Part shown: positions 10,499 through 21,289 of the stretch, piece by piece
How positions within the stretch are numbered: the first letter of the stretch is position 1
How the letters are laid out: every line of letters begins with the position of its first letter
Program-made: the position numbers and the translations under genes
Notes under the pieces: generated by a model
Database searches by the model: none
Told to the model about the DNA's origin: nothing
The model's input: the letters and a program-made list of their open reading frames with translations, nothing else
Origin: Selaginella moellendorffii
Lineage: Eukaryota; Plantae; Lycopodiophyta
Reading direction: 5' to 3'
NCBI RefSeq assembly: GCF_000143415.4
Contig: NW_003314271.1
Coordinates: forward strand, 1 to 64,000
DNA length: 64,000 nt

Positions 10499-13156
10499 AT
10501 GCATGGCGCTCCTCTCGGGAGAAATGGCGCATCATCCACGAAGCTAAAGAGCAAAATTTTGGTCTTTCTCGAAGAACTCAAGGAATGTGGCCGATGTGGG
10601 GATCTAGACAGGGGCAGGAGGATCCATGCCGAGATCGTCCACAGTGGAGACGACTCCAATCTCTACGTAGCAAACGCGCTCATCCACATGTACTCCAAGT
10701 GTGGGAGCTTGCCGGAAGCGCGACGAGCATTCGACAGGATGGATCATCGCAGTGCCGTGTCTTGGAACTCCTTGATCCTGGGCTATGCCAAGAATGGTGG
10801 AAGTGGAATGAATGGGGGAAGTGGTGGAACGAGATCAAGGAACTTGGATGAAGCAAAGAGTGGTGGAAGTGGTGGAGCGAGATCAAAGAACTTGGATGAA
10901 GCGAAGAATGATGGAAGTGGTGGAACGAAATCAAAAAGCTTGGATGAAGTGAAGAATGGTAGAACGAGATCGAAAAACTTGGATGAAGCACGGATGATCT
11001 TCGAGAGAATGCCATGGCACAGTGTGTTCTCCTGGACGGATCTCATCCACGGCTATGCCGAGAACGGACGCGAAGAGAACGCGCTCGGCTTGTTCTCCTC
11101 CATGGCTAGCCGAGGCTGCGAGCCGGATGCTCGGACGTTCCAGGCAGCTTTCAAGGCCTTGGCGGGGCTCGCAGCGAAGGCCAAAGAATCTCACAGGTTT
11201 CTCGAGAGAGCCATCGCCCTCCACACTCAAGCTGCGAGTTCTTCGTCTTGCGAGTGGGACGTTCTTCTCGCAAACTCGGTGATGGATCTGTATGGGAAGT
11301 GTGGCGGCCAGGATCACTCCCGGATGGTTTTCGAGAGGATGCCACAGCACGACGTCGTGTCCTGGAACGCGGTGATGCTCGGCTACTGCGACAACGGCGA
11401 GGAAGAGGTGGCGCTGGAGTTCTTCGAGACGATGAGAGCTCGTGGCTGCGTAGCGGACGCCAGAACTTACGTTGCTGCGATCAAGGCTTGCGTCGCCAGC
11501 CTGGGAAAGCTCGATCGAGAGAAAGCTTTCGAGAGAGGGATGGAGATCCATTGTCGAGCTGGAGCTAGCGGCTGCGACTCCAACGTTTACGTAGCGGCCT
11601 CACTGGTGAATCTCTACGCCAAGTGTGGCAAGATGGTGGACGCTCGGCGAGTGTTTGACAAGATCTTCCAGCCGGACGTGGTCTCGTGGAGCGCGCTCAT
11701 ACTCGGGTATGCCGAAAACGGGCAACCCGAGCTGGCGCTGGAACTCTTCGCGCGGATGCAACAGCGGCAGGGAGCTGGATCTTCCGATGCTCTCGCGTTT
11801 GTTGCCGCGCTTAAGGCCTGTGCTCGTCTCGCAATCTCGGAAGAAGCTCACGGTGATCTCAAGCTCAAATCTATGGCGCTCGAGCAGGGAATGGCCGTCC
11901 ACGCTCAAGCCGCGAGGAATGGCTGCGAGCTCGACGTGTTCGTGGCGTCTACGCTGGTGGACATGTACACCAAGTGTGGCAGCTTGCTCGACGCGAGGAG
12001 AGTTTTCGATCGAGTAGCCGTCCACAACGCGGTGTTCTGGAACTCGTTGATGCTGGGCTACTGCGAGAACGAGCAAGCCGGCGTGGTGCTGCTGCTCTTC
12101 CACTTCATGCAGCTCGAGGGCTGTGCTCTAGACGCTGGATCCTTCGTTCCTCCGCTCAAGGCCTTGGCGAGTCTAGCATCGATCGAGAGGAGCCTGGAGA
12201 TCAAGCCCAACTTGCTCGTCTTGCGGAGGAGCACGGCCTCGCTCCACTCACAAGCGTCCGAGCGTGGCTTCGACTCGAATCCCCGAGTAGCGAGCAGCCT
12301 CGTCGACTGCTACTCCAAATCCGGGAGCTTGATCGAGGCAAGGAGAGTCTTCGATCGGATCGAGCAGCGCGATCCAGTGCTGTGGACTTCGCTCATCGTC
12401 GCCTGTGCCGATGCCGGTGAGTCGCAGCTCGCGCTAGCTTTGTTCTCTCGGATGAAAGTTGACGAGTCCTTTGCTCGTGCAGTGGACGCTGCTGCTCTGT
12501 CCGCGGCGATCAAAGCTTGCGCAAGTGGCCCGGCGGCGCTGCTCGAGACGGGGAAGCGCGTCCATGGCGATGCATGTCGACACGGCCTGGAAGTCGACCC
12601 GGGGGTGGTGGTCTCTCTCGTCGACTTCTACGGGAAGTGTGGCAGCATGGTCGATGCTCGCTGCGCTTTTGATGCAAGCTCGCAGCTGGGACTGGTGGCC
12701 TGGAACGCGCTCTTGGCTGGCTATGGGCGCCGAGGTGATAGCAAACTGGTGCTCGAGATGTTCCACAGGGCCACGGACGAAGGCTTGCGGCCGAATGCGA
12801 GTAGCCTTGTCTCGGTTCTCGCGGCTCTCAGCGGTGGTGGTCTTGTTGATCAAGGCCGGAGGATCTTCCAGGCGATGGAGTGCCGGTATGGTGTTCGTCC
12901 CGGGATGGAGCACTACGCGTGCTTGGTGGATATCTTTAGCCGGGCGGACAAGATGGATGAAGCTGTGGAGCTTGCGAGGAGGATGTCGAGTGGTGATCCC
13001 AGGAACTTCTCCGTTGGCGTGGCATGGACCAGCATTCTAGCGGCTTGTAGAAAGTGGGAGAACTTTGAGGTGGCAAAGGTTGCTTTCGAGGAGCTGAGAG
13101 ATGAAGCTCGTCATCCTGCTGTATACAATCTTATGGCAAATGCTTGCTCCACCTGA
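10499..13156 (+). CDS. Intronless PLS-like pentatricopeptide repeat protein, no DYW domain
   Basis: Repeated xYxKCGSxxxARRxFDRM...VSWNxLIxGY motifs; C-terminal YGVRPGMEHYACLVDIFSRA...WTSILAAC (E-like); first in-frame ATG at 10499. Confidence 0.9.
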   Translation: MHGAPLGRNGASSTKLKSKILVFLEELKECGRCGDLDRGRRIHAEIVHSGDDSNLYVANALIHMYSKCGSLPEARRAFDRMDHRSAVSWNSLILGYAKNGGSGMNGGSGGTRSRNLDEAKSGGSGGARSKNLDEAKNDGSGGTKSKSLDEVKNGRTRSKNLDEARMIFERMPWHSVFSWTDLIHGYAENGREENALGLFSSMASRGCEPDARTFQAAFKALAGLAAKAKESHRFLERAIALHTQAASSSSCEWDVLLANSVMDLYGKCGGQDHSRMVFERMPQHDVVSWNAVMLGYCDNGEEEVALEFFETMRARGCVADARTYVAAIKACVASLGKLDREKAFERGMEIHCRAGASGCDSNVYVAASLVNLYAKCGKMVDARRVFDKIFQPDVVSWSALILGYAENGQPELALELFARMQQRQGAGSSDALAFVAALKACARLAISEEAHGDLKLKSMALEQGMAVHAQAARNGCELDVFVASTLVDMYTKCGSLLDARRVFDRVAVHNAVFWNSLMLGYCENEQAGVVLLLFHFMQLEGCALDAGSFVPPLKALASLASIERSLEIKPNLLVLRRSTASLHSQASERGFDSNPRVASSLVDCYSKSGSLIEARRVFDRIEQRDPVLWTSLIVACADAGESQLALALFSRMKVDESFARAVDAAALSAAIKACASGPAALLETGKRVHGDACRHGLEVDPGVVVSLVDFYGKCGSMVDARCAFDASSQLGLVAWNALLAGYGRRGDSKLVLEMFHRATDEGLRPNASSLVSVLAALSGGGLVDQGRRIFQAMECRYGVRPGMEHYACLVDIFSRADKMDEAVELARRMSSGDPRNFSVGVAWTSILAACRKWENFEVAKVAFEELRDEARHPAVYNLMANACST
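10790..10989 (+). repeat. In-frame ~48-bp tandem repeat encoding KNGGSGGxRSKNLDEA inside the PPR gene
   Basis: About four units of aagaatggtggaagtggtggaacgagatcaaagaacttggatgaagc. Confidence 0.9.
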
Positions 13157-13258
13157 AAAAGTGAAATTTTTCCCGAGCGAATAGCTTGTTTATCTATTGA
13201 GAAGAATGGAACGAACGAGCTTACAGTACGTCAATGCGATCGAACTCCTTGACCTTTT

Positions 13259-13790
13259 TTACGCTGCCAGGCTCTTGGAGGCGATCTCAAACACATTCTC
13301 CGACAGGCCATCGGGTTTAGCAATGCGTTCCAGTTGGGCCTCACGATTGAGAAAAGATCTGGGAAACAAACACTGCTTCTCCAACCTTAGCCAGCGATTG
13401 TCTGCCTCGAGAAAGGATACCATTCGCAATGCCACCTGTGAGAGCAAGGTTAAGGTACACAAACAAGTGTTCTTGCAAGTTACCTGAAGATTCATTTTGT
13501 CTAGCTGCAAAGCCACTACAAAGTCTCCTCGACCAAAAATTTCTGCTAGAACACTGTTAACTTTCATGCTAAATCAATCTTTTAGCATGAAAGTTAACAG
13601 TGTTCTAGCAGAAATCAAAGGCACCAAGGACAGCTGTAGCTCCTGAGAAACCTTTGCTAAAAAGACAGAACCTTGTTCGGGTTCTTCATATCGAATGACG
13701 GATGATCTAGCAATTGCCTCATGTTCTTAACATTTCCAGGGATATCAGACATTGATTATGGATCTCCTGGCATTGTTTTGTGATCGAATG
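13259..13790 (-). pseudogene. Degenerate 3' fragment of the aminopeptidase N gene (copy 0)
   Basis: [26 protein letters not shown] and remnants of upstream exons, with deletions relative to 23055-23600. Confidence 0.85.
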
Positions 13791-13831
13791 TTTAGTGAAA
13801 TAGAGAAACAAAGACGAAGCTGATAACACCA

Positions 13832-14010
13832 CAGTACCCTCGAACGAGTTGAACTGCGTCCCAGGAGGAAGCATGCCTGAAAGTTTAGAATGTAAGAACG
13901 CATGAAATAACTGAAACGAAGACCTTGATGCTGAGCTTTAGCTTGAGCAATTTGACCCCTTCATTCATCCTTGGAGGAATCTTAATATGTGGAAAGAGAA
14001 CAATTATCTC
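13832..14010 (-). pseudogene. Duplicated internal fragment of SMU1 (exon plus intron)
   Basis: gaactgcgtcccaggaggaagcatgcctgaaagtttagaatgtaagaacgcatgaaa is near-identical to 9556-9612. Confidence 0.85.
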
Positions 14011-15319
14011 TACCAGGATGTTCTTGCTTTTGGCAGATACGATTTTAAAAGTTGGCAGAAAAAATGAAATTAACCGCAGGCAAAGTTTCAGATGCGAATG
14101 CTCTACCAATCTCGGAGGAGGATTGGCTCTTAGGACGTGCAGGATGCAAATGGGACGCGTGGGAGTAGAGATTGGGACCAGTCTAGGAGGCCCTAGGACA
14201 GGCTAGGTATGGCGAGCATCTGCAGGCACTTTGGGAAGCTTGGAATCACAAACACTTTAAGGGGCAAATTTTGGTCGACTCAAAGGGACAATGTTGCAAA
14301 AGCATGGTAAGAGAGAGACACTCAATGCATGGCAACACTGGATGGCAAAAGAATCAAATCCAGCCACCATAATGGAGGCAAGGTGAAGACATATAGCACT
14401 AGATGCTCTACAGAGGAAATGACTGCAGCAGCCCCTCCTGGAAGGCAAAGAGCACCGTTAGGCACGAGGTACAACAATGAGAAAGGGAACTTTTTGTGTA
14501 ACAGTCCCTAAGGGATAGCAAGTAATTTACATAGACGTTGCATGAACTCAGCAATAGCACACCTGGAAGCTTCTTGGATTTAGGGCCCGAATCCAATATG
14601 TTTCATCATGAAAATGTTGTCCCATTAGTTACCCATTATTCACCACTAACTTGTAAATAACCAAAAAAAATAGTTTGAAAAACAGTTTATAAAAGTTTGA
14701 ATATAGAAAGAAAGAATTTATTACACCTTATTTTTCAATTGGTTAAAAGTTGAAAAGGCCTATAATTAAAAGTGTATTTTCTTTTCCAATCAATTAAAGG
14801 TTTTAGAATTCTTATGGTTAAGCATCTTAGATCAGTTTCAGATGCGCATGGTCTACCAATCTCCAGACCTTCTCCGGAATCAAGGCAGCTGCCAGGGCAC
14901 GGATTTTAGGTCGCTGACTGCCAGAACCATCGCATCTTTGGGTCGATGGACTCTTGTGAAGACTGAACGTTTCGAAGTAACACTTCGCTCAAATGTGGCA
15001 ATGGTTACAGCTCGGCGGCTCTTAGACTACACTGATACAGGGTATGCTGAATGAAGCTGGCAGGATGTAAACGGGATTCCAGGTGTTACATCCCCGACCT
15101 TCTTTTGGCTTGCTCGAGTTTGGCAGCGGCTAGTGACACTCAAGCGCTTGGACAAAACCAGGATGAGGAATTCGCTCAGCAGTGGATTTGGGCTGGTGTT
15201 GTGTTGGAACATGAAAAATGTAACAGTGCTCAAGCATTTGTGTTCATGGCATATTGCTTGGTTTTGGTGGCTTTTTCATCTTCTGTTCTTCATAAGCAAC
15301 ACAGTTACACCACCTGTGT

Positions 15320-16430
15320 TGCCTCCAGGAACATCTTAAGATCATGGAACCGCGGGTTGTCGACCAGAGTCGTCAGCACCTCGACGATCACGTCCTCGTT
15401 GAACCTGAACACACGAATGAACAAGGACATGAACACGGCAGGAGGAGAGACATGAGCTTACGAATCAGCCTGAGAAGCAGATGCTTCATCCGTCTTGAGT
15501 GACAACTCGTTGCCAACCTGAAATTCAAGCTGTCAATAGACACGTACGCATTGAGAAGATCACGAATCTTGGGACAATCAACGAGCTCTTCCGCAAAGCG
15601 AGGTCCGAGGAGGATCTTGAGAGGCGACAAGTCCCCGTGGATGACACCCCTGGCATGCATCGTGGCAAGAGCCTCATGGGCAGGAACAAGTGCTGCTTGC
15701 ACGTCTGTAGCTACCGAGAGGTGTACCTTCATCGCTGGTCATCACGTAGACAAACATTGTCCCACACAAGAAACCCCACGAGACGAGGCGTGGTATCTGC
15801 ACGGCCTGCAGTTTGTGGAGCGTCTTGTACGCGTCCACCTCGGTGACGACCTTCCGGAGGTTGGTCGTCTCGGGGTCTGGAAACCAGAGAGTAGTCAAGT
15901 CCCGCACCTTGAGAACCACTTCCTTCTCCCTGTATTTGGCGGAGATGACGAATCAGTGTCTCTCGGCCACTTGCAAGAGACATCCTCCAAGTCTCCAAAG
16001 CTGAGATTCTCCATGCCCTGAACGATTGAATGATATGACCTGTGCTGTTTGGCTATGGACTTGAAGCTTTCGACCACACGGGAAGCCCTGGGAGTGAACG
16101 TGAACTTGGAAAAGCTTTGTGAGGAGCAGGAGCGGAAAGTTAAAGTTGTCCTCTACTCATATTGGCATACCGGATAATAAATCCACATTCCACCAGAGCA
16201 CCAAACGAAGTACCGGTGACCAGCATGTACGTGAAAAGCCTTGTGAAACACTTGGATGAGTGCAAGAAAAAGGAAAACACACACAACCAAGCCAGACCTT
16301 ACACATTCCTCTAGAGAGAAGTCGACAATCCCAACGATAAGAGGCCGATCGCCTGTTGCGTCCTTAACAAATATGTCAGGACGGCGATTGTGTTGGTTTT
16401 AAAGCAATAATTAATCTCCCCAGACTGGCG
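15320..16430 (-). pseudogene. REase-like + protein-kinase-like (Crinkler-type) pseudogene, copy 1, heavily deleted
   Basis: VLKVRDL...EVDAYKTLHKLQAVQIPRLVSWGFLCG and, after a frameshift, ALATMHARGVIHGDLSPLKIL; paralogous to 19964-21247. Confidence 0.7.
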
Positions 16431-16949
16431 GAAACCTTGGAGAGCAGCTGATAAAGGTTTTCAAAGACTATGTTGGACTTCCATTGACTATCATTGACAT
16501 TGACCTGTTGAGCTCAATTGTGGACCCTCCCCTCAAGATCGTCATCCGCGCAACGGGGTTGCCTTCGGGCTCGTCGATCAGGCACAAGTAGTGCTGGACA
16601 CTCTGGGCGATGCCAAACTGGAAACACTCCCGTCCCCGGTTGATATCTCCGGTTTGAGAGGAAAGTCTCGTCCCTCATTCTCTGGAACAGCAACAATGCG
16701 TGATCAGATCGAGCGTAGACGTTTATGCGGGAAGGCTGAAATGTTTCCAACAGCTTAGCTCGGAGTATCCTTCAATCGAGAGTGTTAGAACCTGAATTTC
16801 TTATGAATGTTAGCCAAATAGGAAGCTGGCTACAACGAGCCAACAAGGCACGGGTTCTTTGTATGTTGTTCACAATGTCTTCTGTTTTTAATGCTTCTGA
16901 TCTTAATGAACTAAAGGTACCATCTTCATAAAACCAGCTTTCGTATTGC

Positions 16950-17172
16950 AGGAAGCAGCCGAGCTGGTCTGCCAGGAAATGCTTTGACACTGTATGCTGA
17001 GGAAGACGTTCCTTTGCTGCAGAAAGCTTCTGGCTGTGATGTGCCCGAGTGGATGCTTTCCGTGCCCAGGATTCGCAAAAGGAACCAGAAGCGTATCAGG
17101 GTACCTAGAAAGTTTTCGCTTCTGCACCTTCCAGAGAACATTGACAAGTCAACTGGTTGTGAGTACCACTGA
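16950..17172 (+). pseudogene. Isolated last exon of a DEAD-box RNA helicase (DDX52/ROK1/RH57-like)
   Basis: After an acceptor (ttgcag): GSSRAGLPGNALTLYAEEDVPLLQKASGCDVPEWMLSVPRIRKR, resembling GRxGRAGxxGxAxTFYTExDxPxL...SGCxVPxW. Confidence 0.6.
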
Positions 17173-17399
17173 CAATCTAGGTAAGTTTTCAGGAAATTAA
17201 AAAAGCTTACTCTGCAAAAACAAATTTTTCATCGGGGCTTTTACCTTTGAAAACGGAGCTAGTGTCACGCTCTTTGTTCTCCAGACGCTTCATTGGTGTA
17301 AGCAGAAAAAGCTCGAGCACAGACAAATCTATATGAGCAACTATTAGATGAAATAGCTACCGGCAAGTGAGCGAAGTGTCGGTGGATGTTTTGGTGTTG

Positions 17400-18060
17400 T
17401 AGACTTAGTGTTTTTCAAGTTCATACATAGAAGTTGAGAGGCTATGAAATGTAATGAATAGCGTACTCACACTCAACCGATTTGTCAAGCGTGCAACAAT
17501 TCAGTGTTGCTTCTTGGGCCCCGGGCTGTACCCATTCTAGGTACATTGGTTTCTTTTGGTTTTAACGTTAGCAATCAAATGTAGGTGCTCGAGCACGCTT
17601 CGAAAGAAATTCAGGAGACTTTCGCAGATCGAATTTCGATCGTAAGGAAGATCTTTTGTTTGTTATCTCAGATATGATCGAAGTCTCTCGTTTTCACAAA
17701 TAACATTTTAAGTGATGTTGATCACGGGAGATTGCAAAACAATTATGCGTGGAACACGAGCTCGAGTTTTCCAAAGCTGTGAGTTGTTTGGAATGATTTT
17801 CGTTTTTTCACGCTCTTTCTCCCTGCAGGCACCCTTTGAGGACAACTTACGCTCTCTGACTGTCATTCTGGAGTACGTGCCTCTTTAAAGTGAACAAGGT
17901 TCCATTGTTATGTGCTCAAGAGCCGTTTGCTCTAGCTCACCAGGTTTGTTTGTTGAAACTACTCTGACCATGACCGATCGTGAAACCAAAGCCTTCTGTG
18001 CAACTTGCTGGATCTCTTGCAATTGCAGAGCTCCCTCTTTCTGAGCAGCTGTAATTGGCA
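17400..18060 (+). pseudogene. Run of short exon-like segments from an unidentified multi-exon gene
   Basis: AG/GT-bounded segments such as VLLLGPRAVPIL, VLEHASKEIQETFADRISI and APFEDNLRSLTVILE separated by T-rich ~50-nt spacers; no start or stop resolved. Confidence 0.3.
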
Positions 18061-19963
18061 TTAGCTGCAGACTGGTATATATCTTGTTTTGCAAACAAAC
18101 TCTTTTTTAATTATTGTAGAAAAACGAGTGAGATCTCATTTTTCACAGTGCAAGATCTTTTTCTTCCTCCTTCCACCAGGCAACCTTTATTCATCAACTC
18201 CTAGTGCATGTTACCTCCAGTCGAAAACCTGGCTTAGCATGCCCACCCTTTCAACGCAAAATATATTCGTAGGTGAAATGAGAGGAATCCCCCGTTGTTT
18301 GTTAGGCCTGGCTACATATGGAGACCACGAAAGAGTTCGTGAATAAGCTGGCAGAACTGGATCTTAGTCCAAGAAATATTATTGACTCCCTGAGAACACA
18401 GTTTACTGGAGAGGAAAAAATTCACATAGTGCTTGGAAACATGACGCTTGGAAATCATAAAGTTGGCAATGGTGTAGCAGGGATGTATATACCCAAGTGA
18501 GGTTTATAATAAAGCATTTCAAAGAGATATTCACCACTCATGGGAGGTTTACTTTTACCCAAACAAACTTATAATAACCATTAATATCAATGTTGCCAAC
18601 TCAAATAAGTTTATGATGTGCTTCTTTTACGAGTTCAAACATAAGCTCGTGCAAATGGTCTCAAATTCATTTAACGAAAGCAAAAACTTATACAATATGG
18701 TACAAAATAGTATGTGCTGAAAGGGACACATGTAAAGTTATAGCCACCAAACGTATATTGCATATGCAAAGATGAAATCAAAATGAGTGAAACTAGTTAC
18801 ACAATCTAATTGGATAATATTTGCCAAAACTAATTCTTTGTAATTTTACCCCATAATTGTAACCTTTAGATAATAGCAACAAAGTTGGGATTTGAATTTT
18901 AGAATTTTAAGACATTGAACAAAGTGATGAAATTAAATTCCCAAATATATAACCAATGAGTAAAAGAACATAACCAAATTTCCAAACATATAATCAAGAA
19001 GTGAAAAAAAGAAAACATCAAGTGTAAACGATTTATAAAAGTATAAATATTAAAAAAAACATTAAATGTTTAATCAATTAAAGGTGTTAGGAATTCTTGG
19101 GTTTGAACAATATTAGAACTGGTGACCTTTTGAAAGTCTAAATTCAAAAATTTATATAAAGTAACATTGAAACAATCTTATAATTTCCAACATCTCCAAC
19201 ATTAAAGTTAATACATAAAATAAAATCAAATGAAATTAGATGCAAAACAAAAACAAAGAGAGTCATATTATGTTTTCAATATTTAAAAAGAGGTGTTCTC
19301 TCCAATCTAGAGTTCATTTTCCATTTCAACCTCATTATAAATAATATTTTTTATTCAATCTAAAGGGAATAGTTTAAGAGATAGTTCAAATAAGGTTTAA
19401 TAAAAGTTTAAAGGTTTTGTAGTTAATAGGTTTATCTTAAAATCCAAGATTAATATTTGATATTTCAACTTTTATTCACAAAAATGTGAATTATAAGGAG
19501 AATTTTATATAACCAAATATAGTACTTTTAAAGAATAAACTAAAAAACTTATAACTCAATACCCCTATATTTCTTCACCTTCATTTTATTTCAAATGCTT
19601 TTTTTATAGCTTCACTCAATTACACTCCACCTAAACTACTCAGTTGCCTCCTTTCTGCCAGGAACCTCCTGAGCTTCTTCAAGGAGCTTGGGGTTGTCAA
19701 CCAGAGTCGTCAATGCATCGACCACCACATACTCTTTGAATTAGCGAGATAACCTGAAAACACGGATCAAAACGGATGAACACAGCAGGAAGAGAGACGT
19801 GCGCTTACATTTCAGATGCTTCAGACGCTTCGTCCGTCTTGGGTGATGACTCGTCATCTCCTTGCAGGTTAGCACCCAACCTGAAAACCAAGCACACATG
19901 TAACGATTGATTGCATCAGGAAGACACACGTATGTGTTGAGAAGATCACAAATCTTGGGGAGC

Positions 19964-21247
19964 TTATGGAAGACAATCGATGAGCTCTTCCGCAAGCAAG
20001 GAGGAAGCGATCCACTGCCCCTCCTCGAAACATTGCTGAAGCTTGGCCATCTCCCTCCCTGCAGCAACATGGATCTCCTTGGGGCCGACGTAAGAGGCAG
20101 AGGAGTAGCCGATGATCGTCACCCAGGAAGACTGGCTGCTGCGGCTTCCTCTTCTGACGAGGATCTTGAGAGGCTTCAAGTCCCCGTGGATGAGACCCCT
20201 GGCGTGAATCTTGGCAAGAGCCTCATAGGCAGGAGCAACGGCTGCTTCTATGTCTCGGCGGTGAACGTCAATAGCTACTCAGAGGCCAACCTTCGTCGCT
20301 GGTCATCACGTAGGCAAACATTGTTCCACACAAGAAGCCCCACGAGACGAGGCGTGGTATCTGAACTCCCTGCAGTTTGTGGAGCGTCTTGTACGCGTCC
20401 ACCTCGGTGATGACCTTCCGGAGGTTCGTCTCCACGTCCAGAAGCCAGGGAGTAGTCAAGTCCCTCACCTTGAGAACCACGGGCTGCTGCTTGTACTTCG
20501 CGGAGACGACGGATGACTTAGCGTCTCTCGGCCACTTGCAAGAGACATCCTCCAAGTCTCCAAAGCTGAGATTCTCCATGCCATGAATGATCGCCCCTGC
20601 ATGAGATGGCCTGTGTTGTGTGGCTATGGACTTGACGCTGTCCACCACATGGGAATCCCTGGGTGCGAGCTTGGCTAGGCTTAGCGAGTTATCTCCGATC
20701 GACTGCTGGGGTTCGTCTCTTGCCAGCTGAAGAACACACCCGAGAGCCCACCACGATGAAACTGGAGCGGAAAGTAGCGTGTCTCTTCTACTTATCTTGG
20801 CATACCGGATGGATTCACCATCCACCAGAACACCAAAGGAAGCACCGGTGAGCAGCATGTATGTGAAAAGCCTCCTGTAACACTTGGATGAGTGCAAAGA
20901 ACAAGGAAAACCAAGCCAGACCTTACAACGTCTTGTATACTTGATCACAGTCGACAATCCCAACGAGAAGAGGCCGATCGGTTGCGCCCCTGACAAAGAG
21001 GTCCGGCTGGCCGATTGTGTTGGTTCTAAAGCGGTAAGTACCAGGCTGGAGGAAGTTTTGGGCAGCAAACCGGAGAAATACCAGCGATTTCCAGCTGCTC
21101 CCCAAAATGTGGATTGGACTTGAGCCACTCTGCATGAGCGTGCTTGAATTCCACCCAGGGGCGCACACCATTGACGTTACACACCCAGCGCCGGGACTCA
21201 CGAACCAGCTGCAACGCGACGCTCCAAGCTTTTCCCTCCTCCGCCAT
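19964..21247 (-). pseudogene. REase-like (PD-(D/E)xK) + kinase-like gene of Crinkler type, copy 2, frameshifted
   Basis: VRPWVEF; GQPDLFVR...LLVGIVDC; spliced KTL|RLFTYMLLTGASFGVLVDGESIRYAKI; kinase VVLKV, EVDAYKTLHKLQGVQIPRL; +1 shift near 20270; then LAKIHARGLIHGDLKPLKILV...VTIIGYSSA. Confidence 0.72.
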
Positions 21248-21289
21248 TGCTAAATAACCCAAAACCCAAAACCCTTTGACATCTTCGCA

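Noticed and set aside
18100-19640. Transposase or LINE in the AT-rich spacer
   Set aside because: Only faint motif echoes and no ORF long enough to support a call.
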